This document shows, piece by piece, positions 9,066 through 18,627 of a stretch of 64,000 bases of DNA (within the stretch, counting starts at the first letter, position 1; each line of letters begins with the position of its first letter). This DNA is from Desulfocapsaceae bacterium. Its GTDB lineage: Bacteria; Desulfobacterota; Desulfobulbia; Desulfobulbales; Desulfocapsaceae. The notes under the pieces were generated by a model. The model had not been told where the DNA came from. It worked only from the letters and a program-made list of their open reading frames with translations, and ran no database searches. The stretch spans positions 8,265 to 72,264 of the forward strand of contig CALNZA010000020.1 in assembly GCA_942490935.1 (NCBI GenBank), written 5' to 3'. The position numbers were made by a program, and so were the translations under genes.

Positions 9066-10469
9066 ATGACATTTAACACTACACATTGGAAAAACAGGTA
9101 CGCGTACAACGATGTACTGCAAATCTGCCTGCCATTAGTCCTTAGCATGTCGGCTACCACAGTGATGGAGTTTACCGACCGTGTATTTTTGAGTAACTAT
9201 AGTATCGAGGCAATTTCCGCTGCTGTGCCTGCAGGTATAACTTCGTTTCTTTTCATTGCCTTTTTCGGCGGAATTGGAGGATACGCTGGGGTTTTTATTG
9301 CTCAATATTATGGCAGTGGTGCAAGAGACCGCATTGGGAGAGTGCTCTGGCAAGGTATCTATTTCACCCTCTTTTCCGGTTTGTTGTTCTGGCTACTTGC
9401 CCTCTTTGCCACCAAACCCATCTTCGCCTTTGCCGGCCATGAAGTGGCAGTGCGTGAGCTGGAAGAAATTTACTTTTCTATCCTCTGTAAAGGTGCCATA
9501 TTCCACGTAGCAGGCAATACTCTCGCCACTTTTTTCACAGGCAGGGGATTTACCAGACCAGTTATGATAATCACCATTATTTCCGTTCTTTTGAACATTC
9601 CACTTGATTATGCACTCATTTATGGACACTGGGGAATGCCTGAAATGGGTATAGCCGGTGCAGGAATAGCAACTGTCAGCGCCTGGTTCATCATCTCTCT
9701 GTTGCTTGCCGTGTTAATATTTACACGTAAAAATAATAAACAATTCGGATTGCTGACCAATTGCCAATTTGACTGGCCACTTTTTAAGCGTCTGCTGCGC
9801 TTCGGCATTCCCGGCTCTTTACAATTCACTCTCGATATTCTGGCATTTACCCTGTTCATCTTGCTTGTGGGTCGTATAGGAACTCTGGAACTGGCTGCAA
9901 CAAACATAGTACTTTCCATCAATGCCGTTGCATTCATGCCCTCCATGGGTGTTTCCCAGGGAGTAAGTATTATGGTCGGCCAGGCACTTGGCAGGCGTGA
10001 CCCTGGGGCAGCAAAACGTGCCGTATGGAGCAGCATCCATCTCCTGTTACTCTATATTCTGGTTATAGACCTCTCATTTATATTTTTCCCAGAGCAGGTT
10101 CTTGCCCCATTCATACATGGTGCAGACAGCAGTTCTATTGCAGCTATTACCGAAACCAGCACGCTTCTGCTGCAGATTATCGCCGCCTACCTCTTTCTTG
10201 ATTCGTTATACATGGTATTCAGTGGAGCGCTAAAGGGAGCCGGAGACACCCGCTTTCTCATGATGAGTGTTGGAATTTCGTCTATGCTCTTTCTGGTTTT
10301 TCCCGTCTATTTTGGAATAACCTTATTCTCTATGAACATAACAGAAGCCTGGACCTGCGTTCTACTCTTTATTGTTGTTCTGTTTATACTCTCGGCAGGG
10401 CGTTACAAGGTGGGCAAGTGGCAGACAATGCTGGTTATTGAAAAAAATGCAGACGAAGCAGACAATTAA
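9066..10469 (+). CDS. MATE family efflux transporter
   Basis: About 12 TM helices; PEMGIAGAGIAT, GQALG, LKGAGDT. Confidence 0.92.
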   Translation: MTFNTTHWKNRYAYNDVLQICLPLVLSMSATTVMEFTDRVFLSNYSIEAISAAVPAGITSFLFIAFFGGIGGYAGVFIAQYYGSGARDRIGRVLWQGIYFTLFSGLLFWLLALFATKPIFAFAGHEVAVRELEEIYFSILCKGAIFHVAGNTLATFFTGRGFTRPVMIITIISVLLNIPLDYALIYGHWGMPEMGIAGAGIATVSAWFIISLLLAVLIFTRKNNKQFGLLTNCQFDWPLFKRLLRFGIPGSLQFTLDILAFTLFILLVGRIGTLELAATNIVLSINAVAFMPSMGVSQGVSIMVGQALGRRDPGAAKRAVWSSIHLLLLYILVIDLSFIFFPEQVLAPFIHGADSSSIAAITETSTLLLQIIAAYLFLDSLYMVFSGALKGAGDTRFLMMSVGISSMLFLVFPVYFGITLFSMNITEAWTCVLLFIVVLFILSAGRYKVGKWQTMLVIEKNADEADN

Positions 10470-10537
10470 ACGTCATTACGTAAGAGTTTCCTGTCAGCAA
10501 CCTGACAGGCGCCGGGAAACTGGACGGGCTCTGTCGT

Positions 10538-10927
10538 TCAACCTATAGATTCAAGTTTGCTCTTTATGGAGGCAAGATCAAAGGGTTTATTAATTACTCC
10601 TACAAAACCGTAATCGCTATAGTTGGTCATGATGGGATCTGTCGAATAGCCACTGGAAACAAGAACTTTAGCTTCTGGATCAGCAGCCAGAATTTCGACA
10701 ACTGCCTCTTTACCACCCATCCCACCAGGAATCGTGAGATCCATAATTACAATATCAAAAGAATCATCTTTCTTGTAGAAGCGAATATATTCCTCCACTG
10801 CACTTTGCCCATCTTTCACATGCATGGTTTCATAGCCTAAATGCATGAGCATTTGACAGGCAATCTCACCAACCATCTCCTCGTCGTCCATGATCAGGAT
10901 TTTTCTCTTACGTTCGTTCTCTGACAA
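10538..10927 (-). CDS. Single-domain response regulator
   Basis: ILIMDDE, MDLTIPGGMGG, SSGYS, KPF; likely TTG start at 10927. Confidence 0.88.
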   Translation of the reverse strand: MSENERKRKILIMDDEEMVGEIACQMLMHLGYETMHVKDGQSAVEEYIRFYKKDDSFDIVIMDLTIPGGMGGKEAVVEILAADPEAKVLVSSGYSTDPIMTNYSDYGFVGVINKPFDLASIKSKLESIG

Positions 10928-11236
10928 TTGTTTGGGCCCCTTGCAGTTATTTTCAAGTTTCGGTGACTCCTTAAAGCTGATACCAGAAGTATGCCAGATA
11001 AGACAAAACCACGTCAAGCTAATTGCTATGAAAATTTGAGACTTCTAAAATACACCACTTTCTTTCAATTTATACTATATTATCATCGTTGAATGGCAAT
11101 AAACCCTAACCCGCATTTCTCATGAGCATTTTGCCAGAACCCTTTTAAGCAACTGTAATGCAGGGTGATCTGGTCAAATTTCACTATCTTGAATTCCACA
11201 AAATGTTCATGAAAACTTTGGGCGTACAGGAATACG

Positions 11237-12043
11237 ATGACAATAAACACCCCTGCCACCCCTATATATCGGGAACAAACGAACCAAAACCTTGTAGAAA
11301 TTTACGACAGAGGGGACACCCGCTCACTCTATTTCGGTGGCAAGTACCTCCAGTCCAGAATGTCCCTCAGTACCCCTCAGCACCTGTTACTCCCTTACAC
11401 CCGATATATGATGTTTGTCCTTTTACTCGTCAGCAGACTGGAACATATTCTTCTGGTCGGACTCGGTGCGGGGTCACTGGTACGCTTTATCCATCATCAT
11501 TTCCCAGAATGTACAATAGATGCTGTTGACTGTTCTGAGCAAGTTATCAAACTTGCCAGGGGGTACTTTAAGCTCCCTCAGGACGGCCATATCCATATCC
11601 ATTGTCAGGATGGCTACCAGTTTCTTGATCAGGTTGCAGAACAGCACACTTATGACCTGGTACTGGTCGATGCGTTTAATGATGAAGGCATGTCAGAACA
11701 GATATATAGTGATACGTTCTTTCAGCTCTGTGCCCAGGTTTTAAAAAACGATGGTTTTCTCTGCACGAATCTTTGGAGTGGAAAAGCTGGAGAAATGGAA
11801 CGCATTACCCAGCTCCTTTCAGACTATTTTGACAACCGGTTATTGCTGCCTGTGCCTGAACGCGGCAACCATATCAATATAGCAACAGCTGCTCCTCTGC
11901 AATGGCACAAAATCTGCCGCGGACGCAAAGAGCTGAAATTGCTTGGGGCACAGTTTCATCTCAATTTCCAGGAGATGGTACGGGTTGCCCTGCAACACAA
12001 CATGAGTTTTGGCAGACGGCTGCGTTACTTTTTTTCAGCGTAA
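11237..12043 (+). CDS. Spermidine synthase-like SAM-dependent transferase
   Basis: QSRM...PYTRYM, VGLGAGS, LVDAF. Confidence 0.82.
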   Translation: MTINTPATPIYREQTNQNLVEIYDRGDTRSLYFGGKYLQSRMSLSTPQHLLLPYTRYMMFVLLLVSRLEHILLVGLGAGSLVRFIHHHFPECTIDAVDCSEQVIKLARGYFKLPQDGHIHIHCQDGYQFLDQVAEQHTYDLVLVDAFNDEGMSEQIYSDTFFQLCAQVLKNDGFLCTNLWSGKAGEMERITQLLSDYFDNRLLLPVPERGNHINIATAAPLQWHKICRGRKELKLLGAQFHLNFQEMVRVALQHNMSFGRRLRYFFSA

Positions 12044-12083
12044 AAAAGAATATATTCCGATTACACAGGTTAAACGACTTCGA

Positions 12084-13091
12084 TCAAAGTACATTCCCGG
12101 AAGGTACATACCCATCTCTGATACGTTCGAGCTGATCATGCAGGTCGGCAATTTCCTTCTGCCAATAGGCTTCCGTGCCAAAATCGTCTAGTACACGGGT
12201 CTGCCCGTCCGCAGCAACTTGATGTACACACCACGCCATATAATGCACAAAACGCATGGCTCGAAGCGGCTCTATAAGCCGCAGGCTTCTGCGATCAAAA
12301 GGCCTGAACATCTCATACCCTTCAAGCAGAATATCCATCTCCACAAAGGCCTCATCCAGGGTTCCGGGAAGAAGCATCCATATATCCTGTACCGGTGGGC
12401 CCGTAGCCATATCGTCAAAATCTATCAGATAAAACGACTCGCCCGGTCGATGGATAATATTGGCAAAATGGCAATCCCCATGAATCCGTATCGGGCGTGT
12501 ACCTTCAAAAAGCGGTGTAATTTCGGTGATTATTTCCCCAACAGCCTCCTGAAGTCTCCCTTTCACCTCTTCCGGAACAACGTGACCACCAAGAAGATAC
12601 TCAAGTTGCTGGCTTGTTGAAGCTATTGGTGACATCACAGGCCTGTAACTCGCTGCTTTACGTTCACCTATGGCATGCACCCGACCGAGCAGTCGTCCGA
12701 GTTGCAACCACTGTTCATCATCAAATTCATCAAGACTTCGTCCACCGCGTTTGGGAAACACTGCAAAATGGACCCCTTCAAAACTGCCAAGTGTTCTGCC
12801 GTTTGGGAAACGCAAAGGGGCAATAACCGGGATCTCCTCTGTGGCCAGCTCCAGAAGGAACTCATGTTCTTCAAGCAGTGCATCTTCAGTCCAGCGCCCT
12901 GGCCTGTAAAACTTTACAATCAGGCCACTACCATCATCCTGCTCCAATTCGTACACTCGGTTAATATAACTGTTAAGTGGCCGAAAAAGATTGGTCAGCG
13001 ATATATTCAACGCCTTCTCAACAAGCCCCAGCACCATGTTCGGTCCCAGATCCTGAAATACATCACTTCTCTCCGTGTTGTCTATCTGCAT
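12084..13091 (-). CDS. srkA: Ser/Thr protein kinase RdoA/SrkA family
   Basis: LNSYINRVY, KFYRPGRW, IHGDCHFAN, IDFDD, LIEPLRAMR. Confidence 0.9.
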   Translation of the reverse strand: MQIDNTERSDVFQDLGPNMVLGLVEKALNISLTNLFRPLNSYINRVYELEQDDGSGLIVKFYRPGRWTEDALLEEHEFLLELATEEIPVIAPLRFPNGRTLGSFEGVHFAVFPKRGGRSLDEFDDEQWLQLGRLLGRVHAIGERKAASYRPVMSPIASTSQQLEYLLGGHVVPEEVKGRLQEAVGEIITEITPLFEGTRPIRIHGDCHFANIIHRPGESFYLIDFDDMATGPPVQDIWMLLPGTLDEAFVEMDILLEGYEMFRPFDRRSLRLIEPLRAMRFVHYMAWCVHQVAADGQTRVLDDFGTEAYWQKEIADLHDQLERIRDGYVPSGNVL

Positions 13092-13214
13092 GTGTGCCGC
13101 CTATACCTTCATTGTATGCGATTCGGTGATGCGTTTACGACTTCTCCTGGCAATTCTACGGGGAAAAGGGTACAAACGCCGATACACCTGATACTGTTAT
13201 CATGATACAAAACT

Positions 13215-14003
13215 ATGCCTGATTTTTCTAAACGACATCCTATTTTTCCATCCAGCAGGATCTTCTCCGCTTCCGGATACTGCCAGATCTGCAAACACGT
13301 GCATGGTTTACCCATGGGAACTGCTTTCCACCACTGCCAGGAATTGATACACCATTTCCAGGTAAATAGAACCATTGATCTGCAACCGGGTGCCAATTCC
13401 GACTCGCGCCTCTCAACAGACTACCTCCTGGGACCGGCCCGTGGTAAAATGTTCGGAATCCTTGAATGCCTGGACATAAATGGCAGGTCAGTTATCCTTC
13501 GAGCATTTTCAGGACAATATAACGGTCTCTGGCAGGTAGCTGGGTGGGTACCACCGCTATTTGGTGTTGAGGATTTTTACAGAACCAACGATCCGACTGA
13601 GCAAAAAATAAAGGCAATAAGCAAAGAGATATCTGAGCTAGAGCCCCAAACAGAATACTGGCGAGAGCAACGGAAAAAGCGGCGTATCATGTCCCGCGAG
13701 CTGATGCACAGATTACATTCCATCTACCGCCTCACCAACTTTCGTGGACAACAAACCTCACTTTTTTCAGCTTACTCAGAAGGTGGTGGAATTCCGACAG
13801 GAACAGGAGACTGCTGTGCCCCCAAACTTATCAATTATGCTGCCTCCCAGAATTTAACCCCTGTTGGCATTGCTGAGTTCTACTGGGGAAAAGATAACAA
13901 ATCTGGCAGTCGTCGTCATAACAGATGTTACCCATCCTGCCAGGAAAAGTGTCAACCTATTCTCGGCTTTCTGCTCTGCGGGCTGGAGAATCACCATGCG
14001 TGA
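13215..14003 (+). CDS. Putative Zn-dependent cytidine deaminase, similar to the TrcP N-terminal domain
   Basis: GKMFGIL, AFSGQ, VPP, GTGDCCAPKL, AEFYWG and YPSCQEKCQPIL motifs typical of the N-terminal region of long RluA/TrcP proteins. Confidence 0.75.
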   Translation: MPDFSKRHPIFPSSRIFSASGYCQICKHVHGLPMGTAFHHCQELIHHFQVNRTIDLQPGANSDSRLSTDYLLGPARGKMFGILECLDINGRSVILRAFSGQYNGLWQVAGWVPPLFGVEDFYRTNDPTEQKIKAISKEISELEPQTEYWREQRKKRRIMSRELMHRLHSIYRLTNFRGQQTSLFSAYSEGGGIPTGTGDCCAPKLINYAASQNLTPVGIAEFYWGKDNKSGSRRHNRCYPSCQEKCQPILGFLLCGLENHHA

Positions 14004-14643
14004 AAATACTCTTGAGATAGACATCATTCATGCTGACACGAGCGTCATTGTGGTGAATAAACCGGGAGGACTGTTATCCGTACCAGGAAGAGGACCGGAG
14101 AAACAGGATTGCCTTGTACGCAGACTACAACAGCGCTACCCGGAGATGATAGAACAACCATCCGTCCACAGACTGGATATGTACACCTCGGGCCTCATGG
14201 TCGTTGCGATCACCAGTCTTGCCCATCGCCACCTCTCCAGACAATTTGAAGAGCGCAAGGTCGCAAAAGAGTATACCGCTCTCCTGGATGGTCAGATAGA
14301 AGAGAATGGTGGTGAAATCCACTTGCCCTTCAGGGTTGATCTCAACAACAGGCCACACCAGATGTATGACCCCGTCCACGGCAAAATGGGTTCTACCATC
14401 TGGAAACGTCTTGGCTATGAAAATAGCTATACCCGCATCCTGTTTACCCCACTCACGGGGCGCACTCACCAGTTACGGCTCCATGCAGCACATCAGTTGG
14501 GGTTAGGTTGCCCTATTGTCGGCGACAGTCTGTATGGATCTGGCAATGATGGTGATCAAATGTGCCTCCATGCAAGTTATCTCGCATTTACACACCCTGA
14601 TTCATTAGAATTACTTAACTTTACTTCACAACCACCCTTTTAG
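13996..14643 (+). CDS. RluA-family pseudouridine synthase
   Basis: NKPGGLLSVPG, HRLD (catalytic Asp), TGRTHQLR, IVGDSLYG, LHA; ATG at 13996 with GGAG RBS, overlapping the upstream gene by 8 nt. Confidence 0.92.
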   Translation: MRENTLEIDIIHADTSVIVVNKPGGLLSVPGRGPEKQDCLVRRLQQRYPEMIEQPSVHRLDMYTSGLMVVAITSLAHRHLSRQFEERKVAKEYTALLDGQIEENGGEIHLPFRVDLNNRPHQMYDPVHGKMGSTIWKRLGYENSYTRILFTPLTGRTHQLRLHAAHQLGLGCPIVGDSLYGSGNDGDQMCLHASYLAFTHPDSLELLNFTSQPPF

Positions 14644-14653
14644 CGTTGAGCAC

Positions 14654-15433
14654 TCAACCGCCAAAGTGGAAGATCAGTAACGTGCCTGGATTTAAGACCA
14701 ATGGAGCCGGCACTATAACCACCAACCAAACATATACCCGCTGCATCACTCGAGGCAAATTAACTGAGCGCTCAAAAACAATCGCCAGATATTGCAGCAA
14801 AAAATAACATGTCGCCCACCCCCAGACATTTCTATCGAAAACTAACTGCAAGGGTAGGCTTACCAGCATTTCATGAAGAACACCTGACACCAGAAATGTA
14901 GCAAACATTGCAAACTGTGGCTTATGTCGTAACTTCATGAAAACCACCTGATACAGCCAGTCTCCGAAAAGCCTGTTCCAGCGCAGCCCCCAAAACTCTG
15001 ACACACTACCTGCACGCCAGGGACGATTGTTAATCGCCGGTACCAACAATCCGGTAGGTGCCCACAACAGTTGACATAGAGCATCAATGGTCTCTAGAAA
15101 CAACCAGAACGGTAGAACAACCAGATATGCTTGTCCCAGCCAGAACAAGTGCTCAATTTCCGGGATATATAGACGGTATACTCCTGCCAGCAGGGTAAAG
15201 GCCAGCAGAAAGCGAAGCAACAGACGCTGCCGCGCCCCCTGGTTAAGTATTTTCCTTTTACGCCAGGAGGAAAAACAGAGAGATGGTGCACAGAGAAACC
15301 CTACCGTATCAGCCAGCTTCACCTCACCAGAAACCTTGAGACTGACACTCTTAGCTAGTAGCGAAATTATCGTAAGTATAACAAGATAACAAACTGTTAT
15401 CTGCCACCCATCGTATGAACACCCAACACTCAT
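14654..15433 (-). CDS. MBOAT family membrane-bound O-acyltransferase (wax synthase-like)
   Basis: SVSEFWGLRWN and FLVSGVLHE motifs; multiple TM segments; start uncertain. Confidence 0.8.
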   Translation of the reverse strand: MSVGCSYDGWQITVCYLVILTIISLLAKSVSLKVSGEVKLADTVGFLCAPSLCFSSWRKRKILNQGARQRLLLRFLLAFTLLAGVYRLYIPEIEHLFWLGQAYLVVLPFWLFLETIDALCQLLWAPTGLLVPAINNRPWRAGSVSEFWGLRWNRLFGDWLYQVVFMKLRHKPQFAMFATFLVSGVLHEMLVSLPLQLVFDRNVWGWATCYFLLQYLAIVFERSVNLPRVMQRVYVWLVVIVPAPLVLNPGTLLIFHFGG

Positions 15434-15593
15434 AGGAACTCAAAGAAAAAATATTAACCAACTCTATGCATTCCACCACTTTAAAACTCTTGTCATACCC
15501 GGTATACATCTTATCATTTTCTGGCAACTATTTCCTGTATTTGAAACAGCAGGGACAGATGAAAGGATTCAACAGTTCGGGTATAGTAGAAGC

Positions 15594-17159
15594 ATGAACA
15601 ACAAATGGACATATGAAGATATCATAGATCTGGAATATTTTTTCCAGCAGGACGCTGACACCAACAGTGCAATGTTGCATTCTCGTGACCGGAAAATTTA
15701 TCTCAACCACTTAGAATCGCAGCCGGAAAAAGAGACAGCAGACAATTCCTCGCTGCTCAGTATATGGCTTAGAGCTCAACGGCAGTCACATGAAAAAGAA
15801 CTGCAAGGAACCATTGCTCACGAAGCGCACTCGCTTCTCCGTTTGATACTTCTCTTTTTCGGAATATTCACAGGGGCTTCATCCGGCCTGTTCTTCTTTT
15901 CGTACTCCGGCACCACACCGGTTAATGTCCTCCATTTTCTGGTGCTGTTTGTCCTTACTCAGCTTATCTTAGCTATACTCTTCATGTCACGTGCCGGCCT
16001 CATAACTTTAGGGCTACGCTCGGTGCCTGAAAGTCTTACCGTCCGCCTCTTAACTACACTGTTTACCCGATTGGCGACCTCTCTTGGGCGTCAGGGTAAC
16101 AAGCACCTGACAGCTGAACAACGGTTGGAACTGCAGGCACACTACGGTAGACTCAAAATGGTTAATCGTAACTATTCCAATCTACTCCAATGGACATTGT
16201 TTCAGCTTATTCAGCTCACCGCAATTTGTTTTAACCTTGGTTTATTGGTTGCAACATTTTTTAAAATAATAGTCAGTGATGTGGCCTTCGGCTGGCAATC
16301 TACCCTACAATTTTCCAGTCAGACATTGCATACAATAATAGCCTGGCTGGCTGTGCCCTGGTCGTGGCTTTTTGCTGAAGGAATTGGCTACCCGACTCTT
16401 GCTCAAATTGAAGGAAGCAGAATTGTATTGAAAGAAGGAATTGCCAACCTGCAAACACCTGATCTGGTATCATGGTGGCCATTTTTACTGCTTACTGTGA
16501 TAGTATATGGGCTCACATTACGCCTCTCATTTTATGGCTACGGGTGGTTTCAGCAGATGCGGGCCGGAAGCCAATTACAATTTGACACACCAGTAGCACG
16601 ACAGGTCATACGGCGGATGCAGACACCTCTGGTGTCTACTCAGGCCCAGCCGGAAACCAGAAATGAGGGTACCGGCTCAAAAACGGCAGAAAAGCAGGCA
16701 GCAGCCACAGTCAGCCAGCACATCAGTGCTAACCCAATAATCCTGCTGCTGCCCGATGAAATTTACAACCACACTGACCTGAAGAGGCTAAGTGAAATCA
16801 CCGCGACCGAAGGATTTCTGGTAGAAACTCATAAACGCTTCATGATTGATTACCAGGCAGATCAGCTCCTGCTTAAAGAACTTAGCGAACATAACTGGAG
16901 TAACTCAGCAGGCATACTCATTGTGATGGAGGCCTGGATGCCACCACTAGTCAGCTTTATTAGCTATATTAAACAATTGCGAAAAAACGTCGGTACGAAC
17001 TTGCCGATCATGCTGCGACTCATTGGAAAGCCCTTAGATACAACGGTACTAACTCCAGTGCTTAACACTACGGAACGCCAGGTCTGGCGACAAAAGATAG
17101 CTGCCCTGGGTGACCCCTATCTGGAAATTGATGACCTGATCAAAGAGGTTAAGATATGA
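15594..17159 (+). CDS. DUF2868-type membrane protein
   Basis: PVNV, FGWQSTL, WWPFL...VYGL..R, EAWMPP; overlaps (ATGA) the downstream GTPase gene. Confidence 0.78.
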   Translation: MNNKWTYEDIIDLEYFFQQDADTNSAMLHSRDRKIYLNHLESQPEKETADNSSLLSIWLRAQRQSHEKELQGTIAHEAHSLLRLILLFFGIFTGASSGLFFFSYSGTTPVNVLHFLVLFVLTQLILAILFMSRAGLITLGLRSVPESLTVRLLTTLFTRLATSLGRQGNKHLTAEQRLELQAHYGRLKMVNRNYSNLLQWTLFQLIQLTAICFNLGLLVATFFKIIVSDVAFGWQSTLQFSSQTLHTIIAWLAVPWSWLFAEGIGYPTLAQIEGSRIVLKEGIANLQTPDLVSWWPFLLLTVIVYGLTLRLSFYGYGWFQQMRAGSQLQFDTPVARQVIRRMQTPLVSTQAQPETRNEGTGSKTAEKQAAATVSQHISANPIILLLPDEIYNHTDLKRLSEITATEGFLVETHKRFMIDYQADQLLLKELSEHNWSNSAGILIVMEAWMPPLVSFISYIKQLRKNVGTNLPIMLRLIGKPLDTTVLTPVLNTTERQVWRQKIAALGDPYLEIDDLIKEVKI

Positions 17160-18580
17160 AACCTGTATCAGCAGCACCAGAAATAGCCATACTTGGTCAT
17201 CCAAACGAGGGCAAGTCATCAGTCCTTTCCACACTTGCCGAGGATGACTCCGTCCGAGTCAGTGCAATTCCTGGTGAAACTACAGAGTGCAGGACCTTTC
17301 CTGTGCAAATAGATGGCAGAGAAGTGCTGCGTTTCACAGACACACCCGGATTCCAGAATCCCTCAAGAGTACTCAGCGAAATGCGTAAATTAGCTGAGAG
17401 TGGCGCAGATACAGTCAGTCGTTTTCGACGGAAATTTTCCGATGATCCGGATCTCAGCGATGATGTGGAATTGCTGCTTCCTGTTGAGCGTGGCGCAGGA
17501 ATTATTTATGTGGTCGATGGTTCCCGGCCTGTTCGTAACGTAGACCGGGCCGAAATGGAAATTCTGCGGCTTACCGGCCGGCCGCGCATGGCAATAATCA
17601 ACTGTAAAGATGATAACTTCAATCAGCTGGAAAACTGGAAGAATGAATTCCGAAAGAACTTCAATGCGAACAGAGTCTTCAACGCGCACCGAGCCACGTA
17701 TGCAGAGCGGATATTGCTCTTTGAGGCCTTAAAATCCATTGACCAGGACTGGCAGCCCACTCTTGATGCGGTGGTACGTGCATTTAAAACAGACTGGACA
17801 GCACGCAACAGCGCCACTGTAGATATCCTCATGACCTTGATCCACGACTGTCTGCAATATTCTGTCACCGCCCCTGTACGTGACAACGACAATGCTGAAC
17901 AGATCAGGGAAAAACTTACCAGACAGTATCGTCAGGTAATCTCTGACAAGGAAAATAGAGCCCATGAGCAGATACGGGCACTTTTCAAGCATAATATTTT
18001 TCAATATCGACTACCACCCCAGTCTCTTCTGAACGAAGATCTCTTCAGTGAGAAAACCTGGAATGTTCTGGGGCTTTCAAAAAACCAGGTCACCATCGCC
18101 GGTGCCTTGGGTGGTGCGGTGGTGGGAGCCAAACTGGACATACTGACTGCCGGTCTCTCATTTGGTCTTTTCACCGGTCTTGGTGGGGCTGCCGGTGCCT
18201 TGGGTGCCAGGTTTGGAGGTGAGAAACTGAGCTCTGCCGGGAAAAATATATTGGGCATGCAGCTGGGAGGTGAAAATCTGAAAATTGGCCCTGCAGCCAA
18301 CATTAGCCTGATGCTCGTTCTCATCAACAGGGCACTCCTCTTCTACCGCCACACCATAAATTGGGCCCATGGCAGACGTGATTATCAGGAAGATCTTCCT
18401 CAGCCAGTTGACCAAGGTATCAGCGGTGTTACTGCTGGCTGGCCATCTGGCCATCTGCGTACCTGCAAATCCTACTTCTCTGCAGTAACAGAACATCAGG
18501 ACCAGGAAATAGCTGAATTCGGCAAACAGCTCACAACGATTCTGGAGAACTCTCTGGCCGAAATATCACACCATGAGTAG
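17156..18580 (+). CDS. GTPase with DUF3482-type C-terminal domain
   Basis: GHPNEGKS, DTPG, YVVDG; Gly-rich hydrophobic hairpin; HGRRD near the C-terminus. Confidence 0.82.
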   Translation: MKPVSAAPEIAILGHPNEGKSSVLSTLAEDDSVRVSAIPGETTECRTFPVQIDGREVLRFTDTPGFQNPSRVLSEMRKLAESGADTVSRFRRKFSDDPDLSDDVELLLPVERGAGIIYVVDGSRPVRNVDRAEMEILRLTGRPRMAIINCKDDNFNQLENWKNEFRKNFNANRVFNAHRATYAERILLFEALKSIDQDWQPTLDAVVRAFKTDWTARNSATVDILMTLIHDCLQYSVTAPVRDNDNAEQIREKLTRQYRQVISDKENRAHEQIRALFKHNIFQYRLPPQSLLNEDLFSEKTWNVLGLSKNQVTIAGALGGAVVGAKLDILTAGLSFGLFTGLGGAAGALGARFGGEKLSSAGKNILGMQLGGENLKIGPAANISLMLVLINRALLFYRHTINWAHGRRDYQEDLPQPVDQGISGVTAGWPSGHLRTCKSYFSAVTEHQDQEIAEFGKQLTTILENSLAEISHHE

Positions 18581-18627
18581 CCATATCGAAGTGTCATTTC
18601 AGACATAAACGCAGAATCCGGCATATT

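Noticed and set aside
13864-13995. Extended N-terminus of the RluA ORF in the ORF track
   Set aside because: Overlaps conserved motifs of the upstream gene; ATG 13996 has its own RBS
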